From assembly GCA_963693365.1 (NCBI GenBank), contig CAVNZM010000004.1, forward strand, positions 9,700,468-9,764,467: a stretch of DNA of 64,000 bases, written 5' to 3'. Positions within the stretch are counted from its first letter, which is position 1; each line of letters begins with the position of its first letter. Positions 17,001 to 29,958 of this stretch are shown one piece after another. The DNA is from Amoebidium appalachense (Eukaryota; Protista; Ichthyosporea). The notes beneath the pieces were generated by a model. It had not been told where the DNA came from, ran no database searches, and saw only the letters and a list, made by a program, of their open reading frames with translations. The position numbers and the translations under genes were made by a program.

Positions 17001-18638
17001 AAAGAAAAGAAAAAAAAGAAACAAGAAGAAAGAAAGAAAAGAAACCTTTCCCCGACGAGAAGAGTCAGAGAGATGATAGCTGCCCATGCAAACAACTTAT
17101 ATTTCACACCACACTCAACACCTTCCTTGCTCTACCCCATCCCCCCCCCCCCCCCCCCCCCCCACCTCCTCCTTCTCCCCCCCTCCCCACCCCCTGTCTC
17201 CTCCCTTCTTCCCCCCCCGCCCCCTCCCCGCGCCTGCGCCCAGCCAGCCCCCTGTTCTTTCCTCCTCCCCACATTTGGCCAGGTTGTTATGCCCTTTAAA
17301 AGCAGGAACACGTTGTTCCATTAATTAAGGGCCTGTGTTGCTGGCTGCGTTTTTGGCCCTTGACGCCTGAAGATGCTTTCTTTCTAGGGTCCTTAGAGAA
17401 TAATTACATGTGATAAAGCATTTTTGTTTACACTGTCTGGCATGTAAATGCAAGTGTTGGAGGGAATGAAGCTTACATGATGTTCACGTCCACTCACCCA
17501 CAAATGAGTCCAAGTCCCACATTTCCCCCTTCCCTTCTCTGGCCCACCTTCCCCCTCTCTCCTCCCATCCCTTTGCTCCGTCTCTTTCTTTAAAAATTCC
17601 ATGTGATTCTCCGCGTCTATGAACTTTCACCTACATACACACTTGCTGAAAACACATGTAACATCCCTCCACACACAAGATACGCACGCACACACGCACA
17701 CACACACTCAAACACACACACACACACACACAAACACAAACACACACACACACACACACCACACGTACACGCATACACACACATACACACGTACTCATGC
17801 ACCCCCCTCCCCCCCCCCCCCCACACACACACACGTACACACACGTACACAGATGGCGCATCCAAGAACATGTCACCCACGTGGTCCAAGGACGGGCAGA
17901 CACTCTCGTTCGTCAGCACCAAAAGGAACAACACTGATTGGGACATCTACGCCTTAAAAATTAACGCCGACGGCTCCCCCAATGGGAAGGCTCGGTTGGT
18001 TGCTAAGGAAGGTGGAATGTGGCAAATATTCGACAGCAATACGGACGGGTCGAAACTATTGGTGCACAGATACAGATCGATCAACGAATCATATGTCTTC
18101 ATTTTGGATGTCACGACGGGAACACATAGGGAGATTGTGCCTGTGGGGGCAAAGGAGGGGGAGAAGGTGTCGGTTGGGTAAGTGTGTGTGTAGTGTGTGT
18201 GTGTGTGTGTTGAAGGAGGTGGGGGGGAGGGGGGGGGGGGGGTAGCTTTGTGTGTGTGTGCGTGTGTGCGTGTGTGTGTGTGTGTGCACGCGCGCGCGTG
18301 CGCTGGTGTGCTGGTGTGTTTTTGCATCCGCATGTGTGTGCCGGCACGCGTGTGTGCATTCGTTCCAACCATATTTTAAGGGCGAACGGTACAGTAAGGG
18401 AGTGAGATGGGGAGGGGCGAAGATAGGCAAACGGAAGAAAAAAAGAAAAACGAGATGGGGGGGGGGGGGGGGGGGGGGGGGGGGGAAGGGTTAGTCTGAC
18501 CCGGGCGTGCCATGGGCATCTGTGCATCTGTATTTGATGGGGCGAGTGGTTTTTTCTTTGGCGGCCACCCTGAGACTTTATTTTTTTTTTTTTTTTTTTT
18601 TTTGTGGTCGAAATACTGGTGGTGGTGGTGGTGGTTAA

Positions 18639-18671
<33 letters not shown>

Positions 18672-20345
18672 AAAAAGAGTGCGAAAGAATTTGGTGGAGG
18701 CGTCATGGATGAGTTTGATTCGGAAATTCCTAGAGAAAAGACGGAGGAGGGAGAGGGGTGGGTTGGGGGGAGGAGGGGGGGGGGGGGGGGAGGGCTGGGG
18801 AGGAAGATCAAGGGGGGGGAGAGGGGGGGGGGGGGGGGGGGGGTAACTTATATGGTATGGTGTCAGGTGTGCGCGTTTCTCGCAGGACGGGGAGGGGGTC
18901 TACCTGACGGCTGATGCTGGGGGAGAATTTTGCACTCTGAGGCTGCACGATGAATCGGGCACCATGGTGGCTGATATCAGGTATAAGTCCCATCCCTCTA
19001 AAATATTTCTATGTGCATTGCGGTGGCTGATATCAGGTATAAGTCCCATCCCTTCATAATATTTCTTTGTGCATTATGGTGGCTGATATCAGGTATAAGT
19101 TCCACCCGTTTAAAAGATTTCTGTGTGCATGGTGGTGGCTGACTTCACATATAAGTCCCACCCCTTTAAAAACTTCTATGTGTATTGTGGTGGCTGATAA
19201 CAGGTATAAGTCACACGCCACTTGAACGTTGTTATTTGCAATGAAATAACTGATATATCAGGTGTAAGTTACACCCCCACTACCACCAGTTCATTCATGT
19301 GTGTATGTACCATAGTGTACATTGGCCTTTTTGACAGGTGCATAGGTTTCTGGCCCTTCTCCCTCCCCTCCCTCCCCCCTTCCCCCCTCCCCCCCTCCCC
19401 CCCCCCCCCCCCCCCCCCCCTTCCCTCCCCATCTTTTTCGCCCCATCCGTGTATCTTGAAGCTTCCTTTTGCCATGTGGCCGACATGTCAATGATGCTCT
19501 CTTTCCCGTGCACCCATCCCTCCCCCCCCCCCCCCTCCCCCCCCCCCCCCCCCCCGCCAGCCCCCCCCCCCCCCGCCGCCCCCCCCCCCCCCCACCACCA
19601 CCACCACCACCACCACCAACACACCGTGATCCTCCATCGAACAATGGCTGCAAACACAACGAAAAATTGAGAAGTTTAAACTGAATAACTAAAACCAGTG
19701 GGGCCATACCCTGGGACGTCGAGGGTCTAGCGGTGAGCAAGGATGGGCGGCTGTATGCCTTTGCCACAAACTGTGACGGTATATCTCGTCTCTATCTCGC
19801 CGCACCCAACCGCGCCCCTGTGCCCATCACCGGAGTTATCCCAGGCATGATTATCTATCCCCCCCCCCCCCCCCCCCCTCCCCACTCCTTCCCTCCTTCC
19901 CGCCTCCCTCCTCCCCCGGGGCCTTCCCCTCAAAACACACTTCACACAACCACCACCACCACATGTCCCCACAGCTCCCCCATGCACCCATCGCCTTTTA
20001 AACGATTAGAGGTTTACCAACGCACTCTCCTCCGCTTGCTCTCCCCCCCTCCCCCTTCCCCCCTCCCCCCGGTGGGGATGATATATTCCCTTCAGGACGA
20101 GACTTTTGTGTGTTGCATATTGTCTTTGTGTGGCCCTTCATGGAGTTGTCCGTCGTACCTTTGTACTTCATACTGTGTCAGGCAGCTTTACATGCTCACG
20201 ATACACTTCCAAAAGCTCATCCCAAGAGAAAAATTCTTTTTTTTGATCTTGACTTCAATGGTCTATGGTTTCATGGGTTTTGCATAAAACCGTGCTCATT
20301 GGCAAACCCTCCGACACACAGACACACGCGCGCTCGCGCGCGCAT

Positions 20346-20385
<40 letters not shown>

Positions 20386-20394
20386 GCACGCACG

Positions 20395-20460
<66 letters not shown>

Positions 20461-22479
20461 CGCACAGACGGGATCATTGGGGATCTCAAGTTCGATTCTG
20501 CCGGTAAGCGGTTGGCGTTTTCCATGATGTCAGCCACCTCCCCAAGTGACGTATTCAGTCTGGACGTGGAGAAGGTGTGTATTCTTGGCTATTCACATGT
20601 ACTCTTAGTGGGTTATTGCTTCGAAGATATTCTCGTGTATTCTTGGTTATTTACATGTATTCTTGGCGGGTCATTCATATTTAGAAAATATTGTTATGTA
20701 TGTCATTATTATTGATTATTCAGCCATATTCTTGGTGTATTGTGTAGCACCGGCAACTTACATTCATTTACCCCCCTCCCCCAATGAATATGCAGTTTTG
20801 CAGCACGTGGTCCATCTCTGATCTCTCATTGGTTCGTTGGATCGAGTCTGAGATTGGCGGCCTGGACACGTCGACCTTTGTCAACCCCACCCTCTTCCGC
20901 TACAAAACGTGAGTGGTATTTCATATTGTATGTGTTTTGTGTGTCGTTGCAGTGATGGTATGTAAATGGCACAAAATGATGTTTAGACCTCGCTATAAAA
21001 ACTGGGGCTCCTTCACTTCCTTCCTGCCCGTCCCTCTGCTTGGGTGAAAGAGCTGGTGCACACTGGTTCGAAACTGTTTGCGTGCCTGGTAAAACACACA
21101 CCCACGCACATACACACCTAAAAAAGACACAACACTCACTCTCTCTTTCACTCACTCACTCATACACTCTTGTATTTCTCTCTCCCCATTGTCTCTCTCT
21201 CTGTGCCCCATCCCCACCCCCCTCCCCCCATCCCTTCTCTCTCTCCCCCCTCCCTCCCTCCCTTTTTATCCTTCTCTTGCCTTCTCTCTCCCTCTCTCCC
21301 CCCCCCCCCCCCCTCCCCCCCCCCCCCCCTCCCTCCCTTTCTCTCTCTCTCGTCCCTCCCCCCACCCCCCGCCCCACTATCTCCACCTTTGCTCCGGGGA
21401 CCTCGGGTCGCCATGCACGGTCAGAACACTCATGCTGGCAATATGGATGTTTTTCCTCGATTTTTCTTTCGTTCTCTCGCCTCAGGCACACAAACACGCA
21501 GACAGGCACACAATAACAACCTTTTTGTGTTTCGAGTTGTGGTGATTGAAACGTGCAACTTACTTTATGTGTGTTGACGGTTGCACGCAGTGTGGGGTAA
21601 AAGAGGCCCTTGCAGGTGGGGGGGGGGGGGGGATTGCTCGTCACCTATCTCTTGGCGTGTGTGTGTGTTTGCCCCGTGTATGTGTGGGAATGCAAGCACA
21701 ATTCGAATGAGTGGAGGATGATTCTGATTACTGTTTCCCCACCTCCTCCCCCCCCTTAGAGAGAAGGGCGACAAAGCTCCCGTTGCCCCCCGCCCCCCGA
21801 TATGCTCACACACAACACGTACACACACACATACACACACACACACACACAACCAACCACTCAGGTATGACGGGTTGGAGATCCCATGCTTCCGCTACTC
21901 ACCACCCAACCCCAAGGTGCCCCCCCCCCCCCCCCCTACCCCACCCCCTCCCTGCCCCCCCCCTCCCCCACCCACCCACCCACCGACCCACCCTTTCTCC
22001 TTTATAACACCAAGGGGAAACGAAAAGATGAGAAAGGGTGCATTCACAAATAGCAGGATTGAACCAATTACATTTGTATTGGTTGTTGAGCAAAGGGAAT
22101 GGTAGGAAGTTGGGAACCCAAGGCAAGCTTTTTTAGCTCTTCAAGCTTATTTGCTGGATTGAAAGGTTGTGGAGGGGCGGGAGGGGAGGGGAAGAATGGG
22201 AAGGGGGGGTGGGGGGAGGGGAGATTTTAGAAGTAGAGTCAATACAAGCATATACGGACAAAGTGAGAATATAGTTGTCTGTGTGTGGACCTGAGAGATT
22301 CACAAAGACTCGTATCTTTTCACATGTGCAACGTCTTTGCAAACCAAATAATTCATGGTGTAGTGCAAGGGCCGTGGAGTTTCTAACCCTGGGTGTGGTA
22401 CAGGGTTCTACACCGGTAGTGATCTTGATCCACGGGGGGCCGGAGAGCCAGAGCAGACCCATGTTCATACCCTGGGTGC

Positions 22480-22541
<62 letters not shown>

Positions 22542-23157
22542 TTGGGTTGTTTGTGTGTACATTGTGTGTTTTTGGGGGGGGGGAGGGGGGGGGGGGGGGG
22601 GGGGGGGAGGGGCGGAGGAGGAGGGGGGAGGGCGGCAAGGAAGGGGAGGGGGGGGGGGGGGGGGGGGGGCTACGTGTGTGTGTGTGTGTGCACACGCGCG
22701 TGCGCGCGTGTGTGCGCGCGGGCATGAATGTACGTGTTTTTCCATGTCTCTCTCTGTTTGTGTATTTTCTTTTTTTCTTTTTTTTGGAGGGGGGAGGGGG
22801 AGAGGGGAGGGAGGGAGTGGGGGGATGGGTGGGGGTGGGACACACACACAGCATCATCTTGGCACCATTGCTGCGTATGTTCCCCACACTGCCACCCAGA
22901 GGCAACAGGAAACACTATGGCTTACAAAAGCACTCACCAACCATAATGTTGACTCATAAACTCTCGATACGCCTACATCCCCTCCCCCCCTCCCCGCGCG
23001 GAGCTAAACTCAAGCCCTTTTATACTTGCCATGGTCCTCCCCGCCTAATCCTTCCTTTTATTCCCTTTCCCCCCCTCCCCTCCCCCCCCTCCCCCCCCCC
23101 CCCCCCCCCCCCCCCCCCTTCCGAAGAAAAAAGAAAAAAAGAAAGAAAGAAAGAAAG

Positions 23158-23204
<47 letters not shown>

Positions 23205-24176
23205 GCACGCACACACACACACACCTATTCACGTCTTCCTTCCGGCAAATAATAAACATCCCCTTTCACCCCTTCGTCCCCCTCCCCCCCCCCCCCCCCC
23301 CCCCCAAAGCGCCTCTCCCACCGGCCTGGACATCCACACACCCCCTGCATCCCTCCCCTCCCCCCTCCCCCCCACTCCCGCTCCCCCCCTGGACAAAAAC
23401 TACACACATGCCACCACCACCTACAGGCTGTACAGGCTGCATGCACGCTTGCTGACCCCACACACTTCACACATTGCGTTACGCGCACGCATGCACACAC
23501 CGCTCTGTTGGCGACAGCTCCCTTGGAACCCATGCGGCATGTTACCCGCCGGCGTAACATAACTCGGACTATCGGTTTGGCTTTTTTCAAGCCCAAAGCA
23601 ATGGGTGATACCATATTTCCGGCTGACATCCGGGGGCATAGCTTTCCGTTCGAAGACGATAAAGTTCCGCCCTAGTAAGCGTGTTACTACCCTGCGGCGT
23701 GGGTCAAATCTCATATTTTCCCCTCTGATTACGAATTCTGTGGCCTTCGGGACTTAATTCTTTTCAGCTGGTGTAGTATGTTAGCCAGGGAAGTATCGAC
23801 TTAGGTATCGACGGGGGAGCTTCCTAGAAGCCCCGTCTCCTGAGTTCCTATCTATATTTTTCTTGCTTCTGCTTACTGCTGCAACTTTAACCCCCGGCCT
23901 TTCCCACTGCCCTTGCCTGCATAAGCAACCCTGCTCGTCTCTGATCAAGACGGGTGACCTACTCATGTTCAAGTGAAACAGTATCTGAGTTGGGTTTCGT
24001 TAACGAGGGGAATAGGTCGAAACTCGGGTACTGTGGATGACGTGGGCCCCCCCTGAGGATGGGCTCTGCTTATTATGCATACTCTTTATGTATGGCTTGC
24101 ATTCTGCATCGTGTTATCCGTTTGTTCTTGTGTACTTCGTACTTTTTGACGCATTCAAAACCCCCCCCCCCCCCCC

Positions 24177-24222
<46 letters not shown>

Positions 24223-25099
24223 CGTACATGTACACAGTATGCAGTGCTTGAGATGGGCCTTAGTGTGCTCGTACCCAATGTACGTGGGTCCAGCGGCTAC
24301 GGTAAGAGCTATCTGCTGCTGGATAATGGCAGGTTAAGGGAGGATAGTGTGAGGGACATAGGGGGCCTACTTGATTGGCTGGACGCACAGCCAGACCTAA
24401 ATAAGGAAAAGGTCGCCGTTTTTGGTAAGTCGAAACCCCCTTAACACCCCCTTCCCACACACGTTCCCAACACACACACACACAGACACACACACACACA
24501 CAGACACACACACAAACCACCACCACCATTACCACCACACCAAAAAAAAAAAAAAAGGAGGAAAGAAAGAGCGGGGTTGCCCCTTTCCCACCCATGTTGT
24601 TTGCCCATCCACCATTTCCGCTTCCACTCCTTGCCTGCCTACCTATACCATCGCCCCCTCCCCCGGTCCCTCCCGCCCCCCCCCCTCCCCCCCCCCCCCC
24701 CCCCCTCCCCCCCCCCCCCCCCCCCCCCCCTCCCCTCGTCATATTTCCCATCCTCATAAAGGACAACCCAATATCAATACATATCATCATGGATATGTAC
24801 AATGAAAACGGAGGAAGACTATATCAATCCATAAAACATGAAGACATACAGAGTGCAAACAAAACTTTCCACCACCTTGCCTATCGTTCCTTTTTGAAAG
24901 TAGATTTAATTTCTTAACCACTTGATTTGATTGACCAGGGGGCAGCTATGGTGGCTACATGGTGTTGGCGTCACTGATCCACTATGGGTCACGTCTGCGC
25001 TGTGGTGTGGACATGGTGGGCATATCAAACTTTGTCACATTCCTTGAGAACACACAGCCATACCGCAGAGGAAACAGGTACAGCTTAAGCCAACCCCTC

Positions 25100-25154
<55 letters not shown>

Positions 25155-25406
25155 AAACACACCACCACCACAACATCAAGCCCCACCCACCCACCCAAAC
25201 ATCCGCTTCCCTCCCCTGCTGTCGAATCCCCCTTTTCGCTGTACCTATGCATACAAGAAATTTTAACTCATCCTTTCAAATTCTTTAAATATCATGTATG
25301 CACGACATGATTTGTTGGCATGTGTAGTGTCCAGGCCATAAACAGGTCTTTCTATGGCCTGTTAAGTGCTCCGGGTCTCCCTTCCCCCCCTCCCTCCCTC
25401 CATCCC

Positions 25407-25445
<39 letters not shown>

Positions 25446-25572
25446 CCTCCCCCCCCCCTTCCCCTCTCGGGCACCTACTTCACTCTGTCCTCCTTGATCT
25501 AGGCGAACATCCGGGCTTCCTTCCCAATGCTCAACATCTGGAAATGTCTTCGGCTGCTAACAGGCACACTCT

Positions 25573-25608
<36 letters not shown>

Positions 25609-25812
25609 CCCCTCTTCCCCACGTTCCCCCCTCCCCACCACCACCACCCATCCCTGTACACACGTGCACATGCACGCGTGCACACACCTTGTCCTTGTTC
25701 GGCACACACGCGCACACACTTCAAATCCCACAATAACTCACATGCTTAACTTTTTTCTCGTTCACTCACGATACTCACACGAACACGTTCGTAATGCACC
25801 GCGCACGCGCGC

Positions 25813-25850
<38 letters not shown>

Positions 25851-26056
25851 GTACACACACACACACACACACACACTCACTCACACACACACTCACACAC
25901 ACGTACACACGTACACACGTACACACACACACAGGCGGGAGGAGTACGGTGATGAGAGTGACCCATCTATGCGTGAGTTTCTTCTCACCATCTCCCCCAC
26001 GACCCGTGCTCATGAGATCGTCTCTGCTTTATACGTGGGCCAAGGCCTCAACGTAC

Positions 26057-26102
<46 letters not shown>

Positions 26103-26116
26103 CCCCTCTCCCCCTC

Positions 26117-26147
<31 letters not shown>

Positions 26148-26469
26148 ACACACACACACCGTGCCACCGTGTATTCTGCGTCATTATCTCACCCTACGTC
26201 TGCATCTCCACCCTTTTGATTCTCCTCCACACAAAACACAGACACGCTTGCTCTTTTTTAGTTCATTTTTATCTCCCCCCCCCCCCCCCCCCCTCCCCCC
26301 CCCCCCCCCCCCCCCCCCCTTTCTCCCCTGAAACAGCTCCTGTGCATCCATTTCGAACAGAGCAAAAAGTCAAGAGTGGTCCGATTGTATTGTATTACCG
26401 TATTGGTTGGGGTTTGCGTTTTACGTCATTTGCAATGTTCTTTTTTTTGGAGGGGGGGGAGGGGGGGAG

Positions 26470-26503
<34 letters not shown>

Positions 26504-26764
26504 GGACAAGAGGAATGCCAGGGGGCAAGGGGAATACCATAGGCGGGTCTGTGACGCACCCTGGCTCTATCTCTGTGTGCTGCATATGCTCCGACTTATT
26601 GTCTGCATGTGTTCCCCTTGGGCACCTGCCACTAGCACACACATAAAAAACAAGTACCTCAGTTATGCACCCTTGTACACCAAGACATGGAGGCATGAAC
26701 ACGTACATGGATAAGGAGGAACCCCATATGTTCGTGTACAACCCAATCGTACCCCTCCCCCCCC

Positions 26765-26799
<35 letters not shown>

Positions 26800-26944
26800 T
26801 CCGCTCCTCTCCCCCCACCCACCCAAATATCCTGCCGTCCCATACCCCTACCTACACAACAAGCACACAGTAGTATACGCGAACATGTGCATGTCACACG
26901 TTTACACCGTGCACACACACACGCACATGCACAACACACACGCG

Positions 26945-26977
<33 letters not shown>

Positions 26978-27171
26978 GTACACACGTACAGGATCCCCGT
27001 GTGCCCGCCAGCGAAGCCGAACAGATAGTAGCGGCTGTGAGAGCCAACGGAAGAGAGGTGTGGTACTGCCTTGCAAAGGATGAGGGGCATGGGTTTGCAA
27101 AGAAGACAAACAGAGATTTCTGGACAAACAGTTTCCTGTATTTCCTTGAAAAGGAGCTTGGAATGCAATAA
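15319..27171 (+). CDS. S9 family serine peptidase (prolyl oligopeptidase/acylaminoacyl peptidase-like; beta-propeller plus alpha/beta hydrolase), 13 exons
   Basis: Exons 15319-15495, 16620-16797, 17853-18177, 18867-18980, 19699-19844, 20468-20574, 20796-20908, 21865-21916, 22404-22481, 24238-24424, 24939-25077, 25935-26052, 26992-27171; all phases are compatible. Motifs [22 protein letters not shown] (Ser), NDPRVP (Asp), DEGHGF (His). Confidence 0.95.
16081..16361 (+). mobile_element. Intronic structured repeat, copy A (full ~280-nt core)
   Basis: Near-identical to 23878-24158. Nested stems; ends ...GACGCATTCAA directly before poly-C. Lies in S9 intron 1, sense orientation. Confidence 0.85.
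18966..19275 (+). repeat. ~56-bp tandem repeat (5 copies plus a degenerate sixth) containing the exon 4 splice donor
   Basis: GGTGGCTGATATCAG|GTATAAGTCC units start at 18966, 19022, 19078, 19134 and 19189. Confidence 0.92.
20088..20180 (+). mobile_element. Intronic structured repeat, highly diverged 3' fragment (copy H)
   Basis: Collinear patches TGCATAT, TTTGTGTGGC, GTTGTCCGT and TGTACTTCATACT match the 3' half of copy A. Lies in S9 intron 5, sense orientation. Confidence 0.5.
23878..24158 (+). mobile_element. Intronic structured repeat, copy B
   Basis: Differs from copy A at only a few positions; followed by poly-C; ends ~80 nt before the exon 10 acceptor. Confidence 0.85.
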
Positions 27172-28353
27172 GTGGGTCAAGACGGTTCCTGATTGGTATT
27201 GAAAAACAGCTTGGAATACACAATGGTTGAATCACAATGCAGCATCTGATTGGTTGATGGTGTGCATAATAGACAAGTGGCAGTGGCAAGCACATAGTTG
27301 GATTTAAATATCTTTAAAATTATTGAGTGTTTGCACTGGGAATCGATTCTTGGTGGAATTATTTCGATTGCTGCAGGGGTGCTGTGGAATAGTAGCAGTG
27401 CTCTATTTATAGATGCTGATAAGGCTGTTTGAAATATTTCCTAGGGGGAAGCTACATATATGAAACCCAAGTTTTTACTTCTTATTTTCCAATTTCTTCT
27501 TCCCCTTCGTTTTCTATTCTCCGGGCCTTCCCCCCCCCCCCCCCCCCCCCACAAAAAAAAAAAAGGTCTTGTAAATCCAAATCTGTGCTTCTCTGCAATT
27601 GAGGTGTAGGTAGCCTCGTGAAAGCGTGACACGATCGGTGCTTAAGCAAGTGAGTCATGAACTTATTTCACATACACAGGATATTTATTCATTCAATCAT
27701 CTATAAGACTTTCTTCTGCCTCGTTTCTTTTAATTTCTTCTTTCTCCTTTTTTCTTTTCCTTTTTTTTTTGGTCATTTTAATGCAGCACCTACCGCACCA
27801 CCAGGTGGCTTGTGGACAGCTATAGAGTCAATCGCGAATAAACGGTAAACGGTGGCGGATACTTTGCAATGCCCGGACAAAAGAAACCCGGAAACTCAGT
27901 TTTTTAGGAACGAGTTATTCAAAAACCGGGGGAAAAAACCCAGAAATTTAGAATGGACACATCACCAACACCATGGACCACATCTGACCCTAGGCCTCCC
28001 ACGGGGAAATTGGAATGTGGATAGACGTGTTGGCTATAGACTAAATGGCAGCCGGCCACACGCGCATTGTGTCAACTGTTTAAACCTTATCGATCTTGCC
28101 CCGATCTGTCCACACATGTGTGTGACGGTGTGTATGTGGCTGGTTGGGTGGGAGTGGGTGGGTGGGTGGGTGTGGGATGGGATGGTGCGCGGGGGGGGGG
28201 GGGGGGGGCAGCATACAGATCTTGAGTCAGCTTTTGCAACTGTGGCACACACGCGGAGGATTTTTCAATTTTATTCTCTTCATTTATATGTTTTTCAAAA
28301 CAAAAGACAACAACACCCAAAAAAATTCTTAAAATAGCCCTGCCACGCTGCCC

Positions 28354-28399
<46 letters not shown>

Positions 28400-28487
28400 A
28401 CCACCACCACCACCACCATTCACATGCCCTTCTTTATGCAACTATCCCTCTCCAAAAAAAGAGAGTAGAGCAAATGAATTTAACCCC

Positions 28488-29303
28488 CTAATACTGTGCA
28501 ACGTAGTCGACAAACTCGAGCACGGCCCCAATGGGCAGGTGGTCAGAGGGGTGCCATGAGTTTGGGGGGTAGTCCCCTAGATCTACCAGACCCTTCCGCT
28601 CCGCCGTGATTGGTTCAAGCACCGCATGCAGGCGCATGGTTCGAGGAGTGTAAAAGATGTAGTCAAACGCAGCAGCAAAAATGCCCTCAAAGGCCCCGGC
28701 AAGGCCTACACCGCATGTGGCCATGTCGTGTTCCACCCCCCAGTATTTGCCCTCCTCTAGCTCGGCACCATATATGGAAAGGAACTCTGTGTATCAGTGG
28801 CGGTGGTGGTGGAAGTGGCGTGTGTGTGGGTGTGAGGGTGTGTGTGAGTGGGTGGGTGGGTGGGTGGAGAGGGGAGGGGAGGAGCTGGAGGGGTGAGGGG
28901 GAGGGGGGAGGGAGGGAGGTGGGGGGGTAAGGGGTAAAGAAAGGGTTAGAGGGGCAGCACAAAAGGAACCTATGGTGGTGATCGGTCAGCTGAAACCCCG
29001 GGGGAGGGGGGGAGGGGGGGGGGGGCTAAGAGTGTGGTCCAGAGCAAGGATTAAGCATTTGCGACGGACATCGCAAGACATATTCTGAAAGCAGGACAGC
29101 ACTTGGAACTAGGTGTATCATTGGTAGAGAGCCCATGGGTGGGTGGGTGGCGGGGGGGGGGGGGGGGGGGGGGGGGGGCTAAGAGTGTGGTCCAGAGCAA
29201 GGATTAAGCATTTGCGACGGACATCGCAAGACATATTCTGAAAGCAGGACAGCACTTGGAACTAGGTGTATCATTGGTAGAGAGCCCATGGGTGGGTGGG
29301 TGG

Positions 29304-29339
<36 letters not shown>

Positions 29340-29473
29340 TAGAATGCGTTATAGAAGAAATAGTACACATTCATAGCGGACAACACAAAGCAGAGTGCAA
29401 ACCACACACAAAGAGTATGCATAATAAGCAGAGCCCAAGAACCCATTCAGTGTGTGTGTTGTTGTTGGAGGAG

Positions 29474-29508
<35 letters not shown>

Positions 29509-29829
29509 GGGGAAAGCACACAGTACGAAGTACAAAGATGCACAGCGAGAGCACAGTACATGACAAGAAAAAAGTTGAACCCAACAGAGAAACTAATGCA
29601 AGCAACATATTTCAGAGCCCATCCCTAGTGACCGATACGTAAGAGGAAGGGCAGATGCTATGTGACACCCATACAGCTTGGATCAATGGAATACATCGTA
29701 TGCATGGGAGCTTGCATTTGGTTTGGGTGTGTTGTGTGTATCTGGAAGGGGTGACAGCCGGTCTCTGGGAGTGGTAGTGGTGATGGGGTGTAGGTCTGTG
29801 TGTGTGCGCGCGAGTATGTGTATGTGTAT

Positions 29830-29860
<31 letters not shown>

Positions 29861-29920
29861 GGGGGGGTAATTGCTAACAAGACCAAGAAAACTGAAGGGA
29901 GCCAAAGGCAACCCATGGAT

Positions 29921-29958
<38 letters not shown>

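Noticed and set aside
18966-19275. CRISPR-like array
   Set aside because: The 'spacers' are homologous to each other, the context is a eukaryotic intron, and there are no cas genes. It is a minisatellite.
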